Shown here in pieces: positions 25,791 through 36,785 of a DNA stretch of 64,000 bases. The position numbers and the translations under genes were made by a program. This stretch comes from an uncultured delta proteobacterium (GTDB lineage Bacteria > Myxococcota > Kuafuiibacteriia > Kuafuiibacteriales > Kuafuiibacteriaceae): the NCBI GenBank assembly GCA_963803435.1, contig CAWDML010000008.1, positions 128,001 to 192,000 of the forward strand, in the 5' to 3' direction. The notes under the pieces are model-generated. The model saw only the letters and a program-made list of their open reading frames with translations. It had not been told where the DNA came from and did not search any database. The first letter of the stretch is position 1. Each line of letters starts with the position of its first letter.

Positions 25791-28700
25791 TCACTGCGCC
25801 GCGTGCGCCCCGTCGATCTGGATGGGAATGATCAACCGATTGCGGCTCGCTTGAAGGATCTCTTGGGCGGACTCACGGAAGGCCGCGAACGCGGTGGGGG
25901 AGAGGCGCGCCTGCGGCGTCGCGTGATCGACGATCAGCGTGGCGACTTTCGACTCGGCGTTCCAGTTGAACTGTTGCTCGAACACGCCCCAGTCGGCGCC
26001 GCGATGGAAGGAGCGCGGCGACTCGAGGGGGACGCCGGCGCTCCTCGGGAAGTGGAGCGTGACGACCATGCGCTCGGCGAGCTCGGTGAGCGCCAGGGGT
26101 GATCGTCGGTTGGGGACTCGGAGATAGCTGCCAAGGGTGGGGAGCCCCAGCGACACCTGAGCCAGCGGCGCCTCGAAGAGCTGCTCCGCGACCAGCGCCG
26201 AACCGTCGCGCACCATGAAGTGCCCGACCAGGATGTCGGCCTCCAGCACCAGCGGAGCCGGCGCGGGCTGGTCGCTGGTCTTGGTCTCGAGCAGGCGCGC
26301 GCCCGGGATGACGGTGCCGATCCAGCCCTGGAAGTGCCGCATGATCTCGTCCTTGCGGGCGCGCTGGACGAAGTCGCGCAGCTCGGCGCCGAACGTGCCC
26401 GGCAGTCGCATCACTACCTTTCCCTTGGCGGTCCCGTTGTCGTCGATCGTGAGGTCGACCTCGCTCTCGAGAGGCCAGCGTTCGATCTCGTCGTCGCGCA
26501 CCGGGATGGGGTGAAGCTTCGGCGGGGGTTCCGCCAGCAGGTAGTGACCGTTGCGCATCGAGGGCGGCAGAAGGCCCAGCCAGGGCGTGTCCGTGTCCAC
26601 CCGGGCCCAGCGGCGTTGATCGCCCCACTCGATTCGTACGAACCGCAAGTTGTATTGCGCGGGATTGGGATAGGTGTGCTCCAGCTGGGACGAGGTCCCG
26701 GCCCGAGCCAGCGCGATCTGGGCGTCGAACCCGGCGGCCCGCAGCATCGCGGTCAGCAGGCCGGTGCGCTCGCCGCGCCGGGTGGCGAGCACCTGATCGA
26801 CGTCGGCGGTCCCGCCGAGCCCGACCTCGGAGGTGACCCACGAGAAGATGCGATCCAGCTCCTCCTCGGGCGCATCGACGCCGGCGATGATCTCCTCCAC
26901 CTGCTTCCGCACCGAGAAGGAGAGACGCGCCGCTTCGGGGATGCCGAGCACGTTCGTGCGGTTCGCCAGCTCGTTGTCGATGTCGGCCGCGACCACCACG
27001 AACGGGATGTACTCGTCGTAGGGGACCGCGTGGGGCTCGGGCTCGAACGGCTCCACGTCGTCCTGCTGCCAGAGATAGATCGTCCGATCGGGGAGCTCGT
27101 GCGTCACCGGGAGCGGGGCGCCGTTGTAGCTCTGTGACCAGAGCTTGACGCCCTTGGGCACGATCACCACCAGGTCGGTGCGGACGATGGGCGAGGTGCT
27201 CTTGAAGTAGAACCGCCTGAGATAGCCGCCCCACGGCGTGGCCGGCTCGTCGATCACCAGCCACTTCCGCTCGACGGCGTCCCCGGGCGCCAGGCCGCTG
27301 TAGGAGAGATCGTCCTTGCCGGAGTGCCGGTCGGCCTCGAAGGTCCGGCCGTCGGGCTTGAGCGTGCGGAGCGCCAGCGTCAGCGCGTCGGAGGGTGGGT
27401 TGATCTCTCCGGCGGTATCCGTCGCCTCCTTGGTCTGGAGCCGCGAGATCGAGTGGCGCAGCGAGAGCGCGTGTCCGTCGGGGCGGATCCGATCGATCAC
27501 GCGATCGAGGAGCAACACGCTCTTGTGGTTCGCCCAGCGATCACCCGGATCGAGGCCGCGCGGGGTTCGCGTGCCCGGGACGTTCTCGATCAGCGGCATC
27601 ACGTCGAACGCGAGCGCCTTGGCGACCCAGGGATCCGGATCCAGCAGCGCGAGATCGCTCTCGTCGAGCCCGGCCACTCCGGCCTCCATCCGGATCGTGC
27701 TCTCGCCGAGCGCCTGCAGGCGCGCCAGGATCCGGCGGGCGCTGCGCGCGTCCTTCTTCGCGAGGTACGCGTGCAGCAAGGTCTTCAGCGCAGCACTCGC
27801 CAGAGGGTCGTCCTCCACCGCCCGCTGCGCCAGCGCGATCGCCGGATCGATCCGCCCGCGCCCGAGCTCGAGGTCCGCAGCGCGCGCCAGCTCGTCCGCG
27901 GGCTCGTCCGACAGCTCCGCGGCGCGCAGGTAACCGGCGATCGCGGCGTCGAGATCGCCGCGGGCCTGGGCGTGTGCCGCGATGGTCTCCTGCTGGTCCC
28001 GATCCGGCAGCGCCTCGGTGCGCTTCTCGAGCGCGGCGGCGGCGCCCACGCGCTGAATGCCCCGGTAGAACTGCGCCCCCTCCACCAGGAGCGAGGGCGT
28101 GGGCTCCTTGCCCAGGGCCGTCTCCAGGTTCTGGGCCGCCTCGGCGTTCCAGCCCCGCTGGCGGGCCAGGCGGAAGGCGAGCTGGTAGGGCCCGGCGGCG
28201 TCGGGGGCGGCGCGCTTGGCCTGCTCGATCAGCGCCTCGGCGTCGTCGGGGCTGTCCTTCAGGACCATCTGCGCCAGCGCCAGCAGGGCAGAGGGATAGG
28301 TCGGATCGAGGTCGAGGGCCTGGCGCAAGGCAGCTTGCGAGAGCCCCTCCGGCATCCCCGACCAGATCATCAGGCGCGCCCGCGAAACCTGCACCACGGC
28401 CGACCGAGGGGCGGCCATCTCGGTGCCGTCCAGCAGCTCACGGGCCAGCTCGATGTCGTCGATCCAGTAGGAGAGGGCGACCAGCGTCCCCAGCACGCGC
28501 CCGACCAGCGCGCGGTCGGGATCGAAGGTCAGCTGGCGCACCAACGTCAGCGCGCCCCCGTCGCTGAACGGCGTCGTCGAGAGCGAGGCCACCGCGCTCG
28601 TTCCCAACGGACCGGGCGCCTTCGTCTTCTGGTCGATGACCGCGCGCCGGCCCTCCCAGGTCAGCACCGACAAGCTCGGCCGGGTGTTCTGATACGCGTG

Positions 28701-29615
28701 CACCGTCAGCTCTGCGCAGTGCCAGCCGGGCGAGGCGCGAACGAGCGCTCGCATCATCGAAGGCTCGCGCACGGTGGTGAGCGATCGCTGGAGCACCGGG
28801 TTCCCGTCGATCGTGAGCCGCGCGGCCGCAGGCAGGTGGGCCTCGATCGCGAGGGGCGCCAGGGCGGTCTCGGCGCTGATCTCGAAGCAGCCGTCGAGCG
28901 TGTAGACGCCGGGATCGTCCCCGGACGTCACCGGGAGTCGGCGGTTGATGCTGTGCACGGCCCGGCGGGGCGGCACCATCCCTCGGAACGTCGGGGGCGG
29001 CGCGTCGAAGAAGGTGTCGTTGACCGGGGCCAGCGGACCGTGGCGGTCGAACACCGTCAACCAGCCGCCGCGGGTCAGGAGCTTTTTCGTCTCTTCTCGA
29101 TCGAGGACCTCCAGCCGGAGCGCGATCGCAGTGGCGAGCGCGACGTGCGAGGGGGGCGCGGCGGTGTCCGAGAGCAGGCCGGACCGCTCGAGGGCCGCCC
29201 GGATCCGATCCTCACCCATGCTGTTCTCGGTCAGCCAGTCGTAGAGGATGATCATCGCGATCTCGGACTCGCCGCTTCGAGGTGCGCCCTCGATCACGGC
29301 CAGCAGATCGTCGAGCCCGGCGCTCTTGTCGATCTCGGCGAGGTCGAGCAGCCCGCGCACGAGGTGGAGGAGCTCGGGGGCGGCCGGGGCCTCCAGCCCA
29401 CGGTCGAGCAAGCGGCGGGCGAGCGCGCGATCGTTGCCCATCAGCCAGGCGACCTCGGCACCGAGCAAGGGGTCCTCGAGGTTCGCGGCGATCGAGCGTG
29501 CCTCCTCCGGAGATCGGGCCGGCAAGAGCGCGGGATAGCGAGGCTCGAAGCCGGGCCCGGTCGTCCGGCAGCCGGCAAGGATCAGGAGCAGTACCAGCAG
29601 GCGTCGCGGCTTCAC
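25791..29615 (-). CDS. Large TPR + DUF3857/transglutaminase-like lipoprotein (catalytic Cys apparently absent)
   Basis: GTGA overlap with the upstream gene. Lipobox LAGC, TPRs, DUF3857-like RTLKPDG/GLAPGDAVE, and RRGERTGLL in place of GxC. Confidence 0.8.
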   Translation of the reverse strand: MKPRRLLVLLLILAGCRTTGPGFEPRYPALLPARSPEEARSIAANLEDPLLGAEVAWLMGNDRALARRLLDRGLEAPAAPELLHLVRGLLDLAEIDKSAGLDDLLAVIEGAPRSGESEIAMIILYDWLTENSMGEDRIRAALERSGLLSDTAAPPSHVALATAIALRLEVLDREETKKLLTRGGWLTVFDRHGPLAPVNDTFFDAPPPTFRGMVPPRRAVHSINRRLPVTSGDDPGVYTLDGCFEISAETALAPLAIEAHLPAAARLTIDGNPVLQRSLTTVREPSMMRALVRASPGWHCAELTVHAYQNTRPSLSVLTWEGRRAVIDQKTKAPGPLGTSAVASLSTTPFSDGGALTLVRQLTFDPDRALVGRVLGTLVALSYWIDDIELARELLDGTEMAAPRSAVVQVSRARLMIWSGMPEGLSQAALRQALDLDPTYPSALLALAQMVLKDSPDDAEALIEQAKRAAPDAAGPYQLAFRLARQRGWNAEAAQNLETALGKEPTPSLLVEGAQFYRGIQRVGAAAALEKRTEALPDRDQQETIAAHAQARGDLDAAIAGYLRAAELSDEPADELARAADLELGRGRIDPAIALAQRAVEDDPLASAALKTLLHAYLAKKDARSARRILARLQALGESTIRMEAGVAGLDESDLALLDPDPWVAKALAFDVMPLIENVPGTRTPRGLDPGDRWANHKSVLLLDRVIDRIRPDGHALSLRHSISRLQTKEATDTAGEINPPSDALTLALRTLKPDGRTFEADRHSGKDDLSYSGLAPGDAVERKWLVIDEPATPWGGYLRRFYFKSTSPIVRTDLVVIVPKGVKLWSQSYNGAPLPVTHELPDRTIYLWQQDDVEPFEPEPHAVPYDEYIPFVVVAADIDNELANRTNVLGIPEAARLSFSVRKQVEEIIAGVDAPEEELDRIFSWVTSEVGLGGTADVDQVLATRRGERTGLLTAMLRAAGFDAQIALARAGTSSQLEHTYPNPAQYNLRFVRIEWGDQRRWARVDTDTPWLGLLPPSMRNGHYLLAEPPPKLHPIPVRDDEIERWPLESEVDLTIDDNGTAKGKVVMRLPGTFGAELRDFVQRARKDEIMRHFQGWIGTVIPGARLLETKTSDQPAPAPLVLEADILVGHFMVRDGSALVAEQLFEAPLAQVSLGLPTLGSYLRVPNRRSPLALTELAERMVVTLHFPRSAGVPLESPRSFHRGADWGVFEQQFNWNAESKVATLIVDHATPQARLSPTAFAAFRESAQEILQASRNRLIIPIQIDGAHAAQ

Positions 29616-32600
29616 CACGAGATCACGACCTTTCGCGCCAGGGCCCGGTCGATCGCCAGGCAGGCCTCCCGGAACTCGGGATACTCGTCGGGCGGGATCT
29701 CCTTGGTCTTCATGGTGACGATGTCGTCGGTCTCGAAGCCGCCTTCGATCCGGCGGACCACCTGCACGACCGAGATGTGCGCGTTGTCGACGGTCTGTCC
29801 CTCGGGGAGCTGGACGATCTTGGCGCCGGCCGGAAGCCGATACCGGACGACGTTTCGGGTCGCCCAGGGGTGCGTGATCGTCAGCGTGGTCTCGCGCTCG
29901 GCCAGCTTCGCATACGCGCCCGCGACCTGATGCTGGAACAGCGCGATCGGCATGGTGATCTGATCGTGCTCGAGCGTCCCGTAGCGCGGGATGTGGGCCG
30001 TGTAGTGGTACTCGACCGGAGCCTCGAGATCGGAGAGATCGGAGAACTTCAGCTTCTCGACGCGCACGCCGGTGAAGATCTCGCTGAGCTGATCCTCGAG
30101 GTGCCGCTTTCGCAGCTCCACCTCCTCGAACTCCTGCCGCAGGTTGGAGGCCCGGACGCCGAAGAAGTGCTCGACGCCCTTCAGCATCAGCGACCCGTCG
30201 CGCGAGAAGGTGGCCTCGTACTCGGAGCGATTGAGGTTGTCTTCTGGCTTGCTCTCCGGGAGCGTGGCCAGCCGCGTGCGGCCGTCCGGGTGCACGATCA
30301 GGCCGGTCGCGCCCTGGTCCTGATACGGCAGCTCGTAGCTCCCCGAGAACTCGGCCGTCGGATCGAGGAACAGGTCGAACGCAGGCACGTACGTGATCGC
30401 GTGGTTGAAGGCCCACATGGTGGCGTGGTCCGGCGGGAGGCGGCCTCGATCGGACGTCCGCACCAGCGTGATGGTGGCTTCGATCCCGTTGTCGTTGAGG
30501 AGCGCCGCCAGCAGCGTTGCCTTGTCCTTGCAGTCGCCGTAGCGCCGCCGGTGGACCTCGGACGCCTTGAACGGCTTCCAGCCGTGGATACCGAGCTCGA
30601 TCCCGACGTAGCGCGTGTTCTTCACCACGTAGTGGTAGAGGCGCTCCATGATCTCACGCTTGCTCTTGGCTCCGGCCACCGCGGCGCGTCCTGCCTTGCG
30701 CGCCGGCTCGTCGAGCTCCATCTGCTCGGCGAAGAGCCGCGCGTACCAGGCGCCCAGGTCGCTCCACTTGTGGTAGGTCGACACGCTGACCAGCATCCCG
30801 ATGTCGGGGTAGGGCGGGGCGAATGGCTCCAGGACCAGCGCGTCGACCGCATCGAGCTTCCACGTGAGCGTCGTGTTCTGGCCGTCGGTGGTCCGCGCGG
30901 GCTCGCCGACTCGAACGCTCGAGGCGTACAGCGGCAAGCGCTCCGGTGCGATCACGGTGTGGACGACGTCCCGCTTCGGCAAGCCACCTTGCAGGAACTC
31001 GATGTCGCCGAAGAAGCCGCCGAAGATGTTGTCGCCGACCGAGTCGACGCGATAGCGGATGTTGATCACGTCGCCGGCCTCGAGATCGTCGAACAGGATG
31101 GTCTTGAACCGCTGGTCGACGTACATCCCGCTCACCTTCCCGTTCGGTCCCTCGTCCGAGATGCTGGACGCCTGGATGATCTCCCCGGTGGGACGGATCC
31201 GCTCCGCGGACAGGACCTCCACGATCTCGCGCGTCGGTGAGTAGTCGATCCGATGCGCGCGGAGCGCGTCCTCCAGCCTCGGGTTCTGCAGGCGCAGGAC
31301 CCACTGGTGAAAGTGCGTGCTTTTTCCGTTCTCGTAGAGGCGGATGGCGCTCCGATCGGCGAGGAAGATCGCGCCGAACTTCTGCTCCTCCTCGCTGATC
31401 GGCGCCGCGATCAGGGAAGAAGCGTCGACCGAGAACTCGTCCTCGAGCTCCTTCTTCTCCCCGGAGAGAGCGCGCCGGTGATGCCTGACCTCGGGTTGAT
31501 GCGGATCGAGCTCGAGAGATCGATCCAGCTGCGCGAGCGCGCCGCTCTTCTCTCCGCCGAGCAGGAGCAGCTCCGCCGCCAGGTTCGCCACGGCAGGCGC
31601 GTCGGGAAAGAGCGCCTGGGCCTTCGCCAGCACCGCCAGCGCCTCCGCGCCGCGGCCCTCCTCCCCGGCCAGGATGCGCGCCTGCTGCAGGCGGTTGCGG
31701 AGCACCCAAGGTGCGAACCGGATGCTCTCCTCGGTGTGCCGCAGCGCGCTCTCGACATCGTTCTCGTCGAGGGCCACGCCGATCGCCAGGTTCCTCGCCA
31801 GATGGTTCTCGCGGTCGAGCGCGAGGGCCTTCTCTGCGGTCTCGTAGGCGCGTCTGCGGTCGCCGACCTCCCGCTGCATCCGAGACAGCTCCACGAGGGC
31901 CGACTCCGACCGCTCGATCCCGGGCGCCTTCGCCAGCTCGAGCATGGCGGCCGGCCCCACCTCGAGATCGTCGAAGCTCATCGTCGCCAGCGCCACCCGC
32001 GCGGCGATCAGCGCAGGATCCGCGGCGATGGCGGCCTCGACGAGCCGCTTGGCCTCGAGCAGCCGCCCCGATGATTGCGCCGCTCGGCCCATCTCCAGGA
32101 GCGAGGGCGCGTGCTTCGGATCCGAGACGAGCGCCGCCTCGAGCTGCTCGCGCGCCAGCGCGGGATCGCGGGACTGAACGCGATGGGCGAAGAAGAAGCG
32201 GAGGTTCGGGTCGGAGGGGGCGAGCCGCACGGCCGCCTCCAGATCCTGCTCGGGGGGCGTGGGCAGCTTGCGCCGGTCGAACAGCCCGAGGATGGCCGCC
32301 AGGTCGGCGCGGAGCGCGAGCGCCTCCGCGCGTGCCTCCCCTCGGGACCTCTCCACCAGCCGATCGAGGTCCGCCGATACCGTGGCGACGGTGTGCTTCG
32401 GCTCCGGCGGCAGGTGTGTACCCCAGCCGGCATAGAGCGTCTCGATCGCCTTCTCGTCGGCGCTCACGCGGACGCCGGAGAGCGCCGAGCCGTCTGGTGC
32501 GGTCAATCGCAGGAGGAGTCGGCCCGACGACTCCGTCCACGACGACTTCACCATCAGCAGGCTCTTGCCCCGCGGGAACACCGCGGCAATGGCGTCCTGA

Positions 32601-33314
32601 TCGAGGGCCGCGAAGCGACGGCTGTCGATCGAGGCGAGCTCGCGCCCGTCGAGGAACACGCGGAGCTGGTCGACCGAGCCGGTCCGGACGGCGGCCTTGG
32701 TGTCGCGGTCCGCGTCGACCACCACCGCCACGTACGCCGAGGCCTCCGACGAGGGCGAGACCAGGTGCGAGAGCTCGAGCACCCCGTGGGGCGCCACGCC
32801 CTCGACGCGATGCCAGCGGACCGAGCGGGTCTTGCCGGCGACCGGATCCGCGAAGCGGCCGCCCTCTTCGGGCGGACCGCGGGCGCCGTGTCCCTGTCCG
32901 GCGGAGTTGTCGAACGGGCCGATCAGCTCGACCTCGGTGATGAGCCCGAGCTCCGCGAACAGGGACGCCGCTCGATCGACGTCGCCCGCCTTGAACGCCA
33001 GCTGCGCCGCAAGGTGGGTTGCGTGCGCGCGCGCCAGCGGCGGTGTGGACTTCGCGGATCGCACGTGCAGCACGGCGCGCTCCACCCGCTCCGACCGCTC
33101 CAGCAAGCGGTCCCAGTTCCAGAGCCGATACAGGCGTCCGAGCGTCCGCGGATCTCCGTGCTCCGCTGCGTGCTCGACGTCGGAGGCGAGGCCCTCGAAT
33201 CATCCGCGCAGCCCCCGGCCACGCGCGCGACGCGGGTGCGGGCGCCGGCGCGGGAAGCGGCGGAGACGTAGGCGCAAGTTGGCTTGCAAAGAGCAGGGGA
33301 AGAAGGAGGGTCAT
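29612..33314 (-). CDS. Large TPR + DUF3857 + transglutaminase-like protein, with an apparent +1 frameshift at about 33200
   Basis: RYVGIELG, YGDCKDKA, FNHAI and FLDPT catalytic triad. The signal-peptide start MTLLLPLLFA (ATG 33314) joins the main frame if one base is removed at ATGATTC (about 33197-33203). Confidence 0.82.
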
Positions 33315-33410
33315 CGAGCGTAGGCCTACGGAACTCAAACAACTTTTCGGGATGCAGACAAGCTCGTCTTGCCCGGTGTACGGTGGTGTGCACTGTTGCG
33401 ATCGAACCCG

Positions 33411-34151
33411 ATGGACGGCGTCATGAACCGCGGCTGGCGGACCGGGCTCGGCGGCATGTTCGCCGGCGTCTATGCGGTGCTCTGGGGGTTGCAGCGAATC
33501 CTGCGCGATGGCGGCTTGAGGAAGCTCGCCGTCCTCCCCCTGGCCCTCACGCTCTTCCTTTACGCCGGCCTGGTGGCGGTGGTGCTCGTCTTCGCCGGCG
33601 ATCTGTTGGACGTCCTCTGGCAGCGACCCGAGTCCGGCTGGCTGATCGCGGTCTGGTGGGTGGTCCTGGTCGGCTCGATCATCGCGACGCTGGGCGTGCT
33701 GGTCCTCCTGTTCGCGACGATCGCCGAGGCCGCCGGCGGCCCCTTCTACGACAAGATGGCGATGAGGGTCCTCGAGGCCCACGCGATCGAGACCCGGGAG
33801 CCCGGCCTCATCGAGGGCACCCTCCCGGATCTGCTCCGATCGCTGCTGTTCCTCCTGCCCGCCGTCTTCTGCTGGCTGCTCGGTCTGGTCCCGGTCATCG
33901 GGATACCCTTCGTGGCTCTGGGCGCTGTGATCGCGTGGATCGGGTTCGCCTCGGCTGCGATCAATCCGGCGCTGATCGTCACCGGCCACCCGCTCGGTAG
34001 CCGCATGCGGTTCGTCTTTCGCTACTTCTTCTCGATGCTCGGGATCGGCGCTGTGGTCTCGCTGTCCATGCTCGTCCCGTTCCTCGGCCTAGTCTCGATC
34101 CCCGCCAGCATCGTGGGCGCGACCGAGCTCTACGCAAACACCGAGCGCTGA
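33411..34151 (+). CDS. EI24/CysZ-like membrane protein
   Basis: Multiple TM helices, IAEAAGGPFYDKMA and PASIVGATELY. The start is uncertain (33411 or 33423). Confidence 0.75.
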   Translation: MDGVMNRGWRTGLGGMFAGVYAVLWGLQRILRDGGLRKLAVLPLALTLFLYAGLVAVVLVFAGDLLDVLWQRPESGWLIAVWWVVLVGSIIATLGVLVLLFATIAEAAGGPFYDKMAMRVLEAHAIETREPGLIEGTLPDLLRSLLFLLPAVFCWLLGLVPVIGIPFVALGAVIAWIGFASAAINPALIVTGHPLGSRMRFVFRYFFSMLGIGAVVSLSMLVPFLGLVSIPASIVGATELYANTER

Positions 34152-34199
34152 TTTCGCCCGCTTGCTAGGTCCAGCAATTGTTGCTTCAGTCCATCGAAG

Positions 34200-35552
34200 A
34201 TGTCGAAGCCGATGAGCGCCGGCAGCCGCCAGGACATCCTGGCGAGCCCCCTCGCTGAGACCTCCATCGACGAGCTCTCCCAGCTGTTCACCAGCAACGC
34301 CAAGCCCCCCTCGGAGTGGATGATCGGCCTCGAGCTCGAGCTCTTCACCTTCGACCGTAACCGGGGGCGCCCCGCCGACCACGGCGCGCTCCAGACGGTG
34401 ATCCAGACGCTCGCGAAGAAGCGACACATGACGAAGGAGCGCGAGCTCGGCGCTCTGGTTGGGCTCCGCGGACACGGCCAGCTCATCTCGCTCGAGCCCG
34501 GCGGCCAGCTCGAGTTTGCCACCAAGCCCCACGTGCGGCTCAAGGAGATGCGCGACGAGCTGCTGGGCTACATCTCCAACCTCCAGGAGATCGCGGGCTC
34601 CGGCATCGAGTTCTGGGCGCTCGGCTATCACCCCTTCGAGACGACCGACACGATCCCGAAGATGCCCAAGCCACGCTACGATTGTATGCGCGCCTACTTC
34701 CGCGAACGCGGCGGGCCCCGCGCGTCCGAGATGATGCACCTGACCTGCAGCGTGCAGTGCGCCGTCGACTTCTCCAACGAGCAGAACCTCGCCGACAAGG
34801 TCCGCACCGCGGCCCGCGCGTCTCCGTTCCTCTCGGCGCTGGTGGCCGCGTCCCCCTTCACCGCCGGCAAGCCGAACGGGTTCAAGAGCCTGCGCTATCA
34901 GGTCTGGCTGGAGACCGCCGAGGATCGCTGTGGCCTGTGGCCCGAGATGTTCGACGAGGAGGGCCTCTCGGTCCGGCGCTACCTCGAACGCGCGCTCCAC
35001 ACGCCCGCGATGCTCTTCGTGCGCAATGGCCAGTACGAGATCATGGAGCCCCGCCCCTACCTCGACATCGCGCGGGAAGGCTTCCACGGCTCCACGATCA
35101 CCGTCGCCGACTTCCTCGATCACCTCACTACGTTCTTCCCCGAGATCCGTCCCAAGGGCTACGTCGAGGTCCGCGGCGCCGACTGTCTGCCACCGCGGGA
35201 GGCGGTGGCGCTCGCGGGTGTCTGGCGCGGACTGCTCGACTACGAGGACTCGCGGCGGGCCATCGATGATCGGCTGGGCGCGCTCACCTTCCCCGAGATG
35301 CGCCACCTCCAGCGCGACGTCGCTCGCTTCGGCCTCGACGCCGTCAGCCCGATCGGCCCCGTCCGCGAGATCGCCCGGTGGCTCGTCGACACCGCACACC
35401 GGACGCTGGCGACCAGCACCCGCGACTGTGCCGAGTGCGTCGATCCGCTGGTCGAACGCGCCGCCGCTGGCCGCTCTCCGGCCGACGACATGCTCGAGCT
35501 GGCCGAGAAGGAGTCCGTCGAGGCCGCCATCGCCCGCTACGCGCGGGTCTGA
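34200..35552 (+). CDS. gshA: Glutamate--cysteine ligase (GCS2, plant/alphaproteobacterial type)
   Basis: IGLELE, ISLEPGGQLE, MPKPRY, MMHLTCSVQ, ASPF, DHLTTFFPEIR and YVEVRGAD. Confidence 0.9.
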   Translation: MSKPMSAGSRQDILASPLAETSIDELSQLFTSNAKPPSEWMIGLELELFTFDRNRGRPADHGALQTVIQTLAKKRHMTKERELGALVGLRGHGQLISLEPGGQLEFATKPHVRLKEMRDELLGYISNLQEIAGSGIEFWALGYHPFETTDTIPKMPKPRYDCMRAYFRERGGPRASEMMHLTCSVQCAVDFSNEQNLADKVRTAARASPFLSALVAASPFTAGKPNGFKSLRYQVWLETAEDRCGLWPEMFDEEGLSVRRYLERALHTPAMLFVRNGQYEIMEPRPYLDIAREGFHGSTITVADFLDHLTTFFPEIRPKGYVEVRGADCLPPREAVALAGVWRGLLDYEDSRRAIDDRLGALTFPEMRHLQRDVARFGLDAVSPIGPVREIARWLVDTAHRTLATSTRDCAECVDPLVERAAAGRSPADDMLELAEKESVEAAIARYARV

Positions 35553-35559
35553 GCTCCGG

Positions 35560-36759
35560 TCAGGCGGCCTTGGCGTCGACGTTGTAGAACCGGCTGAGCG
35601 AAGGCACCTGTTTGGTGAGCTCGCTGAAGGCCCAGCCGACCATGTAGTCCTCGGTCGGCGCGCCGGCGAACTTGCGCGGCATCAGCAGGATGGGATCGCC
35701 GAACTGCTCGCCGACCTGGATGTGCTGGCCGCCGGCGACGGCGGTGCGGATCGCCTCGAGCGTGGTGCGGTAGGTGTCGTCGAGGTCGAGCTCGGGCGGG
35801 AGCTCGCGAAGCGCACCCAGGTACTTCTCGACCGAGGCGGCGGCGGCCTTCGTGAGGGCCGGCTTGTCGAGGCCCGGAGGATCGAGCTCGGCGATCGGCA
35901 GCGATTGGCCGCGTCCGAAGAGCGCCTCGAGGCGCTCGTAGAAGGCGCTCGCGAGGTCGTCGTCCGCGATCCCGGCGGCGCTGCCCCGTCCGAAGATCTT
36001 CTCGAAGTCGGCCTTGGTGGCCACGTCGGTGAATTTGACCTCGTTGTGGTAGCTGTCGAAGCCGCGGGGCTTGCCGGACTTCTTGTCGATCGCGGCAGGG
36101 TACCACTTCGACTCGTCGTCGCTGTCGCGGACCACGATCAGGATCTCTCTCCTGGGATCGAACGTGTGCAGGCGTTCGAGCTCGGCGGGACTGGCGTCGG
36201 TCTCGAACATCTTGAGGAGCCGCAGCGCGTCCTTGGCGTCGGTCACCAGACGCGCGTCGACGCCGGGGACACGATTGCCCCAGTCCGCGCCGTTGCCGGT
36301 GTCGAACGCAGGGAAGAAGACGTCGATCGCGTTGCCGCTGACGCCGATCGGCGCCGAGTGGTCGGCGACGAAGCGGGTGGCGCGACGCTCGACGGCCTCC
36401 ATCGAGAGGTTCTGCTGGCCTCGCGCGATCTCGGCGCGAAGCGAGACGACCCGGCCGCGCATCTGGCCGGCGGGGACCGACTCGGCCTCGGCGGGCGTGA
36501 GCCACTTCGGGCCCTTCCGATTGACGTCGCTCAGCGTGCGGGCGAGGTTCAGCGCGTAGACATCGACGACCGCGTTGGTGTCGATGACCGCGTCGGGGCC
36601 TTTGCCGGCGGCGACCTCGTCGAACGCGGCGCGCACGTCCTCGGAGAGCCTGACGGCGTCGTATGGTCGATAGCCGTCGCGCGGGCTCCGCTCGCGAAGC
36701 TCGTCGCGAACTTCGCCCAGCACGGCGCTACGAACGGATCTCTCGAGGGCTCGAATCAC
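35560..36759 (-). CDS. Hypothetical protein (399 aa, no signal peptide)
   Basis: GGAGG RBS then GTG at 36759. Codon usage matches the genome. No recognisable domain. Confidence 0.75.
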   Translation of the reverse strand: MIRALERSVRSAVLGEVRDELRERSPRDGYRPYDAVRLSEDVRAAFDEVAAGKGPDAVIDTNAVVDVYALNLARTLSDVNRKGPKWLTPAEAESVPAGQMRGRVVSLRAEIARGQQNLSMEAVERRATRFVADHSAPIGVSGNAIDVFFPAFDTGNGADWGNRVPGVDARLVTDAKDALRLLKMFETDASPAELERLHTFDPRREILIVVRDSDDESKWYPAAIDKKSGKPRGFDSYHNEVKFTDVATKADFEKIFGRGSAAGIADDDLASAFYERLEALFGRGQSLPIAELDPPGLDKPALTKAAAASVEKYLGALRELPPELDLDDTYRTTLEAIRTAVAGGQHIQVGEQFGDPILLMPRKFAGAPTEDYMVGWAFSELTKQVPSLSRFYNVDAKAA

Positions 36760-36785
36760 GGCGGCAGACCTCCACGCGTTTCGAT

